Part shown: positions 28,527-36,284 of the stretch, piece by piece
How the letters are laid out: each line of letters begins with the position of its first letter
Position numbering within the stretch: the first letter of the stretch is position 1
From: Akkermansia muciniphila
GTDB taxonomy: Bacteria > Verrucomicrobiota > Verrucomicrobiia > Verrucomicrobiales > V1-33
Direction of reading: 5' to 3'
DNA: 41,932 nt
NCBI GenBank assembly: GCA_943331195.2
Contig: CALQKQ020000001.1
Span: 1 to 41,932 of the forward strand
Translations under genes and position numbers: made by a program
Notes under the pieces: model-generated
Databases searched by the model: none
What the model saw: the letters and a program-made list of their open reading frames with translations, nothing else
Told to the model about the DNA's origin: nothing

Positions 28527-29477
28527 ATGATCAATGTCCTCGTTACCGGTGGGGCCGGATTTATTGGCTCGCACACCGTCGAGCGCCTCCTCGCCCAAGG
28601 TGCCAACGTCACCGTGCTCGATGAATTCAACGACTACTACGACCCCGCCATCAAGCGCGCCAACGTCGCCCCCTTCCAACACCACGCCCGCATCGTCGAA
28701 GGCGACCTCCGCGACCGCGCCACCGTCGACCGCCTCTTCGCCGAAGGAACCTTCGACACCGTCATCCACCTCGCCGCCCGCGCTGGCGTTCGCCCCTCCA
28801 TCGAGGACCCCGCCCTCTACCTCGCCACCAACATCAACGGCACCTTCCACCTCCTCGAAGCCGCTAAGGCCACCGGCGTCCCCCGCTTCGTCTTCGCCAG
28901 CTCCTCCTCCGTCTACGGCATCAACAAAAAAGTCCCCTTCGCCGAAACTGACCGCATCGAGCAAACCATCTCCCCCTACGCCATGACCAAAATGGCCGGA
29001 GAACAAATGTGCTCTAACTACACCAACCTCTACGGCATCCGCAGCGTCTGCCTCCGCTTCTTCACCGTCTACGGCCCCCGCCAACGCCCCGACCTCGCCA
29101 TCTCCAAGTTCACCCGCCTCATCGACCTCGGCCTCCCCGTCCCCCGCTACGGCGACGGCAGCACCGCCCGCGACTACACCTTCATCGAAGACATCGTCGA
29201 CGGCATCCTCGCCGCCGCCCGCTACCAAGGCGACCTCTTCGACATCTTCAACCTCGGCGGCTCCCAGACCACCACCCTAGCCGGCCTCATCGCCGCCGTC
29301 GAAACCGCCCTCGGCAAGACCGCCCTCATCCAAGACCTCCCCCTCCAGCCCGGCGACGTCCCCATCACCTACGCCGACGTCGCCAAAGCCCAGCGCCTCC
29401 TCGGCTACACCCCGCACACCCCCATCCAAGAGGGCATTCCCAAATACGTCCAGTGGTATCAGCAGCGCCAAAAATAG
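28527..29477 (+). CDS. NAD-dependent epimerase/dehydratase (SDR; UDP-glucuronate 4-epimerase-like)
   Basis: MINVLVTGGAGFIGSHTVERLL (Rossmann GxxGxxG), the catalytic SPYAMTKMAGE (YxxxK), and ...FRFFTVYGPRQRPD. Confidence 0.9.
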   Translation: MINVLVTGGAGFIGSHTVERLLAQGANVTVLDEFNDYYDPAIKRANVAPFQHHARIVEGDLRDRATVDRLFAEGTFDTVIHLAARAGVRPSIEDPALYLATNINGTFHLLEAAKATGVPRFVFASSSSVYGINKKVPFAETDRIEQTISPYAMTKMAGEQMCSNYTNLYGIRSVCLRFFTVYGPRQRPDLAISKFTRLIDLGLPVPRYGDGSTARDYTFIEDIVDGILAAARYQGDLFDIFNLGGSQTTTLAGLIAAVETALGKTALIQDLPLQPGDVPITYADVAKAQRLLGYTPHTPIQEGIPKYVQWYQQRQK

Positions 29478-29589
29478 CCCCCCGCCCCCACGCCTGAAAA
29501 ACCACCAACCAAATCCTCTTGCAATTAGAGACATCCCGTTTTACGTCCCGCTCCCCGTTCCGGGACCACTCTGTAACACCGATTAATTT

Positions 29590-29694
29590 ATGGGATCGCT
29601 CAAAAAAAGGAGAAAGACCAAGATCAACAAGCATAAGCGCAAAAAGCGCATGCGTGCCAACCGGCACAAGAAGCGCTTGCGCTACAAGTCCTAG
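29590..29694 (+). CDS. Small basic protein, bS22-like (AURKAIP1/COX24-domain type) candidate ribosomal protein
   Basis: A 34-codon ORF below the track cut-off: MGSLKKRRKTKINKHKRKKRMRANRHKKRLRYKS*. It matches the MGS-[VL]-x-KKRRK...KHK...RH pattern of the small 30S protein bS22. It sits in a 410-bp gap and is followed by a hairpin. Confidence 0.65.
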   Translation: MGSLKKRRKTKINKHKRKKRMRANRHKKRLRYKS

Positions 29695-29801
29695 TCCCCT
29701 CGCCTCGGTGGCGCGGAACCCACGGCTTCGCCTCGCGCAGCCCACCTTCCTCTCCCCGTCGCAGGACTGGCTACCCGCCTAAGCTTCACCTCTCAATCCA
29801 A

Positions 29802-29842
29802 GGTCCACGCAGCTGCCCCTCCGGCATCTCCGTGGACCTTTG
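29802..29842 (+). terminator. Hairpin + TTTG downstream of the small basic ORF (weak terminator candidate)
   Basis: GGTCCACG (29802-29809) pairs with CGTGGACC (29831-29838) across a 21-nt loop, followed by TTTG. Confidence 0.3.
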
Positions 29843-29886
29843 TCGTGCCCCCATCGCTCCTTTCCTGCCCCCTCCTCCCTTCCCCC

Positions 29887-30684
29887 ATGCCCGAACTCGC
29901 CGAAGTCGCCTTCTACGCCAAAGCCTGGCACCCCGCTCAGGGCCAAACCATCCTCCGCGTCCACACCGGCCCCAAACCCCGCTTCTTCCGCCACACCCCC
30001 GCCGCCGCCTTCGCCCCAGCCCTCACCGGTCGCTCCTTCCTCGACACCCGCACCCACGGCAAAAAACTCCTCTTCGCCTTCCAAAACAACCTCTGGCTCA
30101 CCGGACACCTCGGCATGACCGGCGAACTCCTCCTCGCCCCCCCCGATCACCTCCCCACAGCCCACGACCACCTCGTCCTCTACACCGCCCACCACGCCCT
30201 CATCTTCCGCGATTCCCGCATGTTTGGCGCCGTCCTCCTCGATGAATCCCCCGGCCCTCCCCCCGCCTGGCAGGCCCTCCCCCCCGAAATCCTCAGCCCC
30301 CAATTCACCGCCGCCCACGCCGCCGCCGCCCTCCAGCGCCACCCCCGCAGCCCCCTCAAAGCCTTCCTCCTCGACCAAACCTACTTCCCCGGCATCGGCA
30401 ACTGGATGGCCGACGAAGTCCTCTTCCAACTCCGCCTCCACCCCGCCACCCTCGCCGCTTCCGTCAACCCCAGCGCCCTCCGCCAAGCCCTCCGCACCAT
30501 CTGCCAAAAATCCCTCCAGACCATCGCCGTCAATTGGTCCGATCCCCCCAAAAACTGGCTCATGACCCACCGCTGGAAAGCCGGCGGCCTCTGCCCCCGC
30601 TGCCACACCCCCCTCCTCCGCGACACCCTGCGCGGTCGCACCGCCTGCTGGTGCCCCACCTGCCAACCACAGTCTCCTCCCTAA
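29887..30684 (+). CDS. mutM: Formamidopyrimidine-DNA glycosylase (Fpg/Nei family)
   Basis: N-terminal MPELAEV, an H2TH region (IGNWMADEVLFQLRLHP), and the C-terminal zinc finger CPRCHTPLLRDTLRGRTACWCPTCQ. Start moved to the MPELAEV Met. Confidence 0.88.
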   Translation: MPELAEVAFYAKAWHPAQGQTILRVHTGPKPRFFRHTPAAAFAPALTGRSFLDTRTHGKKLLFAFQNNLWLTGHLGMTGELLLAPPDHLPTAHDHLVLYTAHHALIFRDSRMFGAVLLDESPGPPPAWQALPPEILSPQFTAAHAAAALQRHPRSPLKAFLLDQTYFPGIGNWMADEVLFQLRLHPATLAASVNPSALRQALRTICQKSLQTIAVNWSDPPKNWLMTHRWKAGGLCPRCHTPLLRDTLRGRTACWCPTCQPQSPP

Positions 30685-30780
30685 CACGAGTTGCCAATAA
30701 ACCTAAAAACGGGAGTCGAAACTCGACCACGGGGCCTTTTTCATGATAAGTGCAGACCATAGGCGGTTTTTTGCGGCTCT

Positions 30781-30816
30781 GGACACTCACCCTTTGGGTG
30801 AGTCCTTCCTGTTGTC
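30781..30816 (+). terminator. Hairpin + T-rich tail about 100 nt after fpg (weak terminator candidate)
   Basis: ACTCACCC-TTT-GGGTGAGT is an 8-bp stem, extended by GG/CC across a 2-nt bulge. It is followed by TTCCTGTTGTC. Confidence 0.35.
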
Positions 30817-30955
30817 AAAAGCCCCCAGCCAAATCGTGGCCGGTGGACACGCCCGGCGGCCGGGTGCACCCCAAATGGGGTCATGATGCGCCCATGACCA
30901 GGGAGGGTTCACTGAGGTTTTTCCCGCTTTATAGCAAGGCTGGGATGCTGGCGCC

Positions 30956-30977
30956 GTCGGCCTCAGGCCGACCCTAC
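30956..30977 (-). repeat. GTAG-headed palindrome (second REP-like type)
   Basis: The - strand reads GTAG-G-GTCGGCC-TGA-GGCCGAC (7-bp stem, 3-nt loop). The layout matches the 6112-6252 elements. Confidence 0.4.
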
Positions 30978-31000
30978 AGGGCGTAACTTCCTTTGCTGCT

Positions 31001-31024
31001 AAAAAAACCAGGGCCTCGCCCTGG
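31001..31024 (-). terminator. Rho-independent terminator (minus strand)
   Basis: The - strand reads CCAGGGC-GAG-GCCCTGG followed by TTTTTTT. It lies 196 nt downstream of the RluE-like stop. Confidence 0.65.
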
Positions 31025-31219
31025 GTGCGAAGGGCAAGGCCCTGGGGGGCGATGTCGACAAATGATTGGGGTGACCCTGCGAGTGGAACCGAAGGGCCAC
31101 GCCAAAGGGCACCATCGAGCCAACTCCCGCTTCTAGGGTAAGCGAGCCGGAGGTGATAGATTTTTTCGGCTAGAGTGCACCGCCTTGACCCGACAAAGCA
31201 CCTGATCGCGGCGGCGGGC

Positions 31220-31789
31220 TCAGGCTTGGCGCAAGACCAGGTCGCGCTCTGCGGCGCTGAGTTCTCGCCAAGATCCGGCCGGGAGGTCTGCGGGGCGAAA
31301 GCCGCCAATGGCGCTGCGGATCAGCCGCAAGGTGGGGTGGCCCACGGCGGCGGTCATGCGGCGTACTTGGCGGTTGCGCCCCTCGATCAGGCGCAGTTCT
31401 AGCCAACAATCCGGCACATTCTTGCGAAAACGCACCGGGGGAATCCGCGGGGCGTGCTCGGGCGGCGGATCGAGCCGCCGCACGTTGCAGGGCAAGGTGG
31501 GTCGCCCTTCCAAGACGACGCCGCGGGCCAATTGGGCCAGGGCGGCCTCCGCGGGGACGCGCTCCACGAGCACTTCGTAGATGCGAGGATGAGCCCCCTG
31601 GGGATTGAGCAGGCGGTCGACCCAGGCCCGCTCATTGGTCAACAGCAGCAGGCCTTCGGAATCGCGGTCCAAGCGCCCGATCGGATAAACTTCTTTGGGT
31701 AGCCCGAATTCCGCCAGGGTGCGCTGTCCGGGCAACTCCGGAGTGAATTGGCTCAAGACATCGTAGGGCTTATTCAGGGCGATCAGCAT
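31220..31789 (-). CDS. rluE: RsuA/RluE-family pseudouridine synthase (no S4 domain; RluE-like)
   Basis: MLIALNKPYDVLSQF..., catalytic PIGRLDRDSEGLLLLTN, and EGRNRQVRRMTAAVGHP. Start moved to the MLIALNK Met. Confidence 0.87.
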   Translation of the reverse strand: MLIALNKPYDVLSQFTPELPGQRTLAEFGLPKEVYPIGRLDRDSEGLLLLTNERAWVDRLLNPQGAHPRIYEVLVERVPAEAALAQLARGVVLEGRPTLPCNVRRLDPPPEHAPRIPPVRFRKNVPDCWLELRLIEGRNRQVRRMTAAVGHPTLRLIRSAIGGFRPADLPAGSWRELSAAERDLVLRQA

Positions 31790-31852
31790 CAGGATTTCAT
31801 AAGCCCGACGCCCGGCCCGCCGCAAGCCCGTCCGCAGCGGCGGGGGCTGCCC

Positions 31853-33046
31853 TCACACGGTTTTGGCATTCTGTTGGCCTAACACCCGCTTGTAAAGCTC
31901 CTGGCGCACCGCTTCGAGGCCTTCGCCGGTTTCGGCGGAAATGGGCAGGATCTTCACTTTGGGGAAACGCTGCTTGAAGTGCTTGAGGTTTTCTGCGGCT
32001 TCGGGAAGGTCCATTTTATTGGCAATGACGAGCCACGGCCGCTTCGCTAGGATGGGATCGTACAGCGAAATTTCCTGGCGCAGCGTGGCCACGTCTTCGC
32101 AGGGGTCGCGCACTTCCGAGCCCGCCATGTCGACGACAAAGAGGAGGAGGTGGCAGCGCAGAATGTGGCGGAGAAACTCGAAGCCTAGCCCGACGTTTTC
32201 GTGGGCCCCCTCGATCAAGCCGGGGATATCGGCGACGGTGACGCGTTGGTAGCCTTCGTATTCGATGACGCCCACCATGGGGTGGAGGGTGGTGAAGCGG
32301 TAGGGAGCCACCTTGGGCTTGGCGGCGCTCAATTTGCCGAGCAGCGAACTCTTTCCGGCGTTGGGAAAGCCGACCAAGCCGGCGTCGGCGATTTGGCGCA
32401 GTTCAAAATAAAACATGCCCTCTTCGCCCTTCACGCCGGGAGTGAACTCGGTGGGGGCGCGGTGGGTGGAGGTTTTGAAATGGACATTGCCCTTCCCTCC
32501 CTTGCCTCCTTTGCAGAGCACGAAGGTTTCGCCGACCTTAGTTAGGTCCGCCACTAGCTCTAGCTCGACTCCTTCATCTAGGCGCTGCTTCAGGGTCCGC
32601 TTGCGGCTCGCAGCTTCGGCGGCGGCGTCCTCGTCGCTGCCCGGCTCGAAAATATCGGACTCATCCGCTTCATCCTCGACCAAAAAATCCCCGCCCTCGG
32701 GCAGGGCGGGCGGCAGATCCGTTGGGTTAGGGGGCTCGGCCGACCACGACGCGTCGCGGTAAATCAGAGTGCCGGGGGGCACCGTGATGACGAGGTCTGG
32801 GGCGGACTTTCCAAAGCATTGGCGCCCCGTCCCGTTGCCGCCGTGGGGGGCGTGCACCTTGGGATTGAAGAAGAAGGCCTTGAGATTGCTGGTGTTGGAA
32901 TCGACCCGGACAATGATGTCGGCGCCCTTCCCCCCGTCGCCGCCGTCGGGGCCTCCGAGCGGGTTGAATTTCCCGCGGTAAAAGTGCGCAGAGCCGTCCC
33001 CGCCATTGCCGGCCCGGGCGTGGATTTTGATGTTGTCGACAAACAT
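31853..33046 (-). CDS. obg: GTPase Obg/CgtA
   Basis: MFVDNIKIHARAGNGGDGSAHFYRGKFNPLGGPDGGDGGKG (Obg fold), G1 GFPNAGKSSLL and G3 DIPGLIEGA. The N-terminal domain contains an acidic insertion of about 65 aa. Confidence 0.95.
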   Translation of the reverse strand: MFVDNIKIHARAGNGGDGSAHFYRGKFNPLGGPDGGDGGKGADIIVRVDSNTSNLKAFFFNPKVHAPHGGNGTGRQCFGKSAPDLVITVPPGTLIYRDASWSAEPPNPTDLPPALPEGGDFLVEDEADESDIFEPGSDEDAAAEAASRKRTLKQRLDEGVELELVADLTKVGETFVLCKGGKGGKGNVHFKTSTHRAPTEFTPGVKGEEGMFYFELRQIADAGLVGFPNAGKSSLLGKLSAAKPKVAPYRFTTLHPMVGVIEYEGYQRVTVADIPGLIEGAHENVGLGFEFLRHILRCHLLLFVVDMAGSEVRDPCEDVATLRQEISLYDPILAKRPWLVIANKMDLPEAAENLKHFKQRFPKVKILPISAETGEGLEAVRQELYKRVLGQQNAKTV

Positions 33047-33251
33047 GAGAAAAGAAAAGCAACCCCGCCCACCCGAATCAACCGCAGCGCGGGGAATCCG
33101 CAGTCTGCCCGAGGAATTCGCGCCGTGCCAGCGGAAAGGTCGATCTCCGCTGGGCCGAACACGCAGCGAGCCCCCACCAGGAAGGCGGGGGCTCGGCGCG
33201 GGGAGTTAGGTGGACTTGGGGAGGACGCGGCGGCTTCCCCCGGAGGTCGCC

Positions 33252-36062
33252 TTATTTGGCGATGACGTAGCGGGAATCGAGCAACTTGGTGACGCGCGCC
33301 GCGTTTTCGCGGAAGTGAGCGCGGCTGTAGGCGTCGACATTTTGCTGGGCGGCCCCGGCGGTGAGGCGCTCGCGCAATTCCGCCAATTGTCCGGCGGCGA
33401 GGTCGCTGATGGGCTTGGCAGCAGGGCCGGCGCCGAGCTTGTTATTGGCCAAATCAATCAGGCGCTCGATGTGCTCGCGCTGCAGGTTGCGGCGCAGGCT
33501 ACTCACCAGCGGGCTGCGGTCGGTGTAGGCCTTGGCGGGATCGATCTGGCCGATTTCGGACCAAGCGGCTTCGTAGACGGCCTTGAGCACTTCGGGCAAG
33601 GTCACGGCGTCTTCGTTGGCGGCGGTGCGGAACTCGTTGTCGTAAACCCGCGCCAAGGTCACCGGATTGAGCAGCGAGGTCATGGCGGCGGCCTGAATTC
33701 CGAGCACCTTGTCGTGGACGGGCCAGGTCGGTTCATCGAATTGGTTTTGCATGTCCCACCATTTGTCGATGGTGAGGTACTTGAGCAAATCCGGGGTCAG
33801 GCCATAAGCTTCATCGTGGAAGGTGTTTTGGAGCACGAAGGCCATGGCCTTGCGCTGAGTGTCGGCGGCCACCGGCACCACCGGAGCGGTGGCGTTAGGA
33901 TCACCCTTGCGGGCCCGGTTCACGTAGGAGCCTCCCAGCCAGTTGGACATCATGGTGACGGCCTGGACTTGGGTGAGGAGGGTCAGTTGATAGCCGCGGC
34001 GGGCTTTGGACCAGGATTCGCCATCCTTGACGAACTTGTCGAGCAGCTTGGCGCGAGTGGCCTTGGCCAGGGCGATCTGATTTTCGGCATAGGCGAGGGG
34101 GTCCTTGGCAAAATCGTAGCGCCGCGCCCGCGGGTCGGGTCCGCCGGTGTCTTCGTCGGTGCCGTAGATCAACTGCGGCTCGGCGGCGCGGGCCAGAATG
34201 GGCTTGAGTTCCTTTTCGAAGGTGTAGCCGTATTCGATGGCCCACTCGTCGTAGACGCCGACGCTGTGCATGCCGTAGTCGCCTTGGGAGCGATCTTTGC
34301 CCGCCACCACGTTGACGGGGATGTAGTCCATCACCGAACCGGCGAAGGCCTTCTTGCCTTTCATGGCGTCGCTGTTGATCTCGCTGTAGTCGAAGATGCT
34401 AGAGGCTTTGAAGTTGTGGCGCAGCCCGAGGGTGTGACCGACTTCGTGAACTACGAGATTTGCTAGGAGCGGTCCAATGAAGGACTCGGGGATGCCATCG
34501 ACGATTTGGGCCCCGGGTTCGGCGGCGGCTTCGGACAAGGTGAGGGCCATGTCCATCAAGGCGACTCCGTGGGCCATCCAATTAGCTGCCTGGCAGAAGC
34601 CATTGAATTGGCTGGCGCGGTTTGCCAGGCCATCGAATTCGCTGCGTCCGACGAGCGGACCGTTGGCCCGGGCCGTGGCAATGGCGTGGCCTCCGAGGAG
34701 GGGGATGGGCTCGCGGGAGACGCGGTCAACCAAGTTGGCGCGCAACTCTGGCGCGGCCAGGCGCACTCGCGGATCCCACTGGGGATTGCTGTGGAGCCAG
34801 GTGAGCATTTCGGGCCCGGCACCATCCATGGCGATTTGGGGGATGACGTCGTTATACTGTTTCCACCAGTGGCGGATCCAGCCGTCGGTCAGGATGATGT
34901 CGGCGTCGAGAATTTGTCCGGTGAGGGGGTGCACCCGGCTGGGCCCGATCGCGGTACCGGCTCCGTTCGAAAGCCAGCGAATGAAATTGTAGTTTACGTC
35001 CTCGGGGTCCTTATCCATATGCTCGCCGCTGGCGGCGTCTTGGAAGCGGACTTCGATGGCATTGATCAAGCCGACTTTTTCGAAGGCCCGATTCCACATC
35101 ATGAGGCCTTCTTGGACCCAGCGGCGGTAGCGGATCGGCGTGGTGTGCTCGACGTAAAAGATGATGGGATTTTTCGGCGGGCTCAGCTTGAGGGAGGGGT
35201 CGGCTTTTTCCAAGTGCCAGCGGTTGATGAAGCGCACCTGGGTTTCCTCGGGGGTGAACTTGCCGAAGTCGGAGTAGCTCGTCGTGAAATAGCCGATGCG
35301 CTCGTCGGCGAGGCGCGGTTGATAGCCGGTGTTGTCAGGAATCAAGCTGAAGCTAAAGTGGAACGTGCGCAGTTTCCCTTCTCCGGTGGGGCCTTCGACA
35401 GCGATTTCGATATTGCTCGGAAAAGCCTTGGCGCTTTTGATGGTGTAAATGCCCCGATTGAGGCCCCGGGCTTCTCCGCCGAAGAATTTCTCGGCGTGCT
35501 GCACGACCAATTCATCCAAGTCGATCACGGGTCCGCCCTGGGGGATTTGGGTGACGATGGGGATATCTAAAATCACGCGGTCGGTAAACAGGCGCTTGAT
35601 GGAATCCTGCGAGGCCTTGTCTCCGGTGGAGCGAATTTCCAAGCTCGGGGTGACCATGGCCAAGCGCTTGCCGTAGTTTTTCCAATAGAAATAGACTTCT
35701 CCCGCCTGGAGTCCGGCATAGTCATCGCCGCTAGCCACAGTTAGGGCGAGGTAGTGTTTTTGGCCGGCGTAGGCGGCAGGCAATTCCGCTAACAACTGCT
35801 GATCTTTGCCGCGGCTCCACACGTTGTAAAAGCTCTTTCGGCCGTCCGCCGTGGAAACCACCTTTTCGTAGCCTTGGAGCACCTCTTCGGGCCGAGGGAA
35901 ATCTGGCTCGGGTGGTTTGGCTGGCCCCCCTACCCCGCCGGGAATCGTAGTTGGTCCGCTAGGCACAGGCCCCGGCGGCCCCAGCAGGGGATTTTGCGCG
36001 CAGGCCAGCGTCGCCGTCAGGGCCATCATCGCCAGAGAGAGGAGGGGAGGTCGGTTTTTCAT
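33252..36062 (-). CDS. Secreted zinc-dependent metalloprotease (DUF4953/DUF5117-type family)
   Basis: Signal MKNRPPLLSLAMMALTATLACA. The zinc site is VVHEVGHTLGLRHNF (HExxHxxGxxH). The 936-aa size and layout fit the large zinc-dependent metalloprotease family common in Bacteroidota and PVC bacteria. Confidence 0.85.
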   Translation of the reverse strand: MKNRPPLLSLAMMALTATLACAQNPLLGPPGPVPSGPTTIPGGVGGPAKPPEPDFPRPEEVLQGYEKVVSTADGRKSFYNVWSRGKDQQLLAELPAAYAGQKHYLALTVASGDDYAGLQAGEVYFYWKNYGKRLAMVTPSLEIRSTGDKASQDSIKRLFTDRVILDIPIVTQIPQGGPVIDLDELVVQHAEKFFGGEARGLNRGIYTIKSAKAFPSNIEIAVEGPTGEGKLRTFHFSFSLIPDNTGYQPRLADERIGYFTTSYSDFGKFTPEETQVRFINRWHLEKADPSLKLSPPKNPIIFYVEHTTPIRYRRWVQEGLMMWNRAFEKVGLINAIEVRFQDAASGEHMDKDPEDVNYNFIRWLSNGAGTAIGPSRVHPLTGQILDADIILTDGWIRHWWKQYNDVIPQIAMDGAGPEMLTWLHSNPQWDPRVRLAAPELRANLVDRVSREPIPLLGGHAIATARANGPLVGRSEFDGLANRASQFNGFCQAANWMAHGVALMDMALTLSEAAAEPGAQIVDGIPESFIGPLLANLVVHEVGHTLGLRHNFKASSIFDYSEINSDAMKGKKAFAGSVMDYIPVNVVAGKDRSQGDYGMHSVGVYDEWAIEYGYTFEKELKPILARAAEPQLIYGTDEDTGGPDPRARRYDFAKDPLAYAENQIALAKATRAKLLDKFVKDGESWSKARRGYQLTLLTQVQAVTMMSNWLGGSYVNRARKGDPNATAPVVPVAADTQRKAMAFVLQNTFHDEAYGLTPDLLKYLTIDKWWDMQNQFDEPTWPVHDKVLGIQAAAMTSLLNPVTLARVYDNEFRTAANEDAVTLPEVLKAVYEAAWSEIGQIDPAKAYTDRSPLVSSLRRNLQREHIERLIDLANNKLGAGPAAKPISDLAAGQLAELRERLTAGAAQQNVDAYSRAHFRENAARVTKLLDSRYVIAK

Positions 36063-36086
36063 GAAGTGTGTCGCCGGTGGAGGCGG

Positions 36087-36137
36087 AATATTTTATGAGG
36101 ATAATAATAACTATGGAAAACACAACGACAAAATGAC
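36087..36137. promoter_or_regulatory. AT-rich island in the divergent promoter region (metalloprotease <-> NPCBM/dehydrogenase-like gene)
   Basis: aatattttatgaggataataataactatggaaaacacaacgacaaaatgac is the most AT-rich ~50 nt in the window. It lies 25-75 nt upstream of the ATG at 36062. No clear -35/-10 pair could be assigned. Confidence 0.3.
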
Positions 36138-36284
36138 TTGCCCTCTGGATTGGACGGGAGGCCGGACCGGGGCGGTGTTTTCTGGGGCGGGCGGCGGGGA
36201 GGCCGCCGAGGCAAACTTTCTCCGATATGCGGCACCGCCGGCCGCGTTTATTTGCCGTCTTTTTGCTTTGCTCCCGACCTCGCT

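Noticed and set aside
28265-28630. 121-aa minus-strand ORF, including MWPFLSCRVW..., as a Trp/Phe-rich leader peptide for aroG
   Set aside because: Its internal ATG (28528) shares a CATG palindrome with the epimerase start, so it would need a transcript starting inside the divergent gene. It has no stop before entering aroG out of frame and is far longer than known leader peptides. The 9-codon uORF is the more plausible candidate.
30778-30850. DnaA-box cluster proving oriC
   Set aside because: There are only two 7/9 matches to the high-GC box and a few 5-6/9 matches to TTATCCACA. No perfect box, no obvious 13-mer-type DUE array and no dnaA or dnaN were found. The observation is kept only as weak supporting evidence within the skew-switch finding.
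30685-31219. tmRNA, RNase P RNA or SRP RNA in the large spacer
   Set aside because: I looked on both strands for the diagnostic motifs. These were the tmRNA GGGG...UUCGAC 5' end, a T-arm + CCA 3' end and an ...ALAA tag. For RNase P they were GAGGAAAGUCCGGGC and ACAGAAxCCGGCUUA, and for the SRP domain IV, GGAAGCAGCC. There are only loose partial resemblances (for example CAGGAAGGACUC and GUUUCGACUCCCG without a pairing T-stem). Not supported.
30787-31308. 173-aa minus-strand ORF, and the 78-aa plus-strand ORF at 30750-30986
   Set aside because: There are no protein-like motifs. The 173-aa ORF overlaps the 3' end of the rluE-like gene out of frame and runs straight through multiple hairpins and a terminator.
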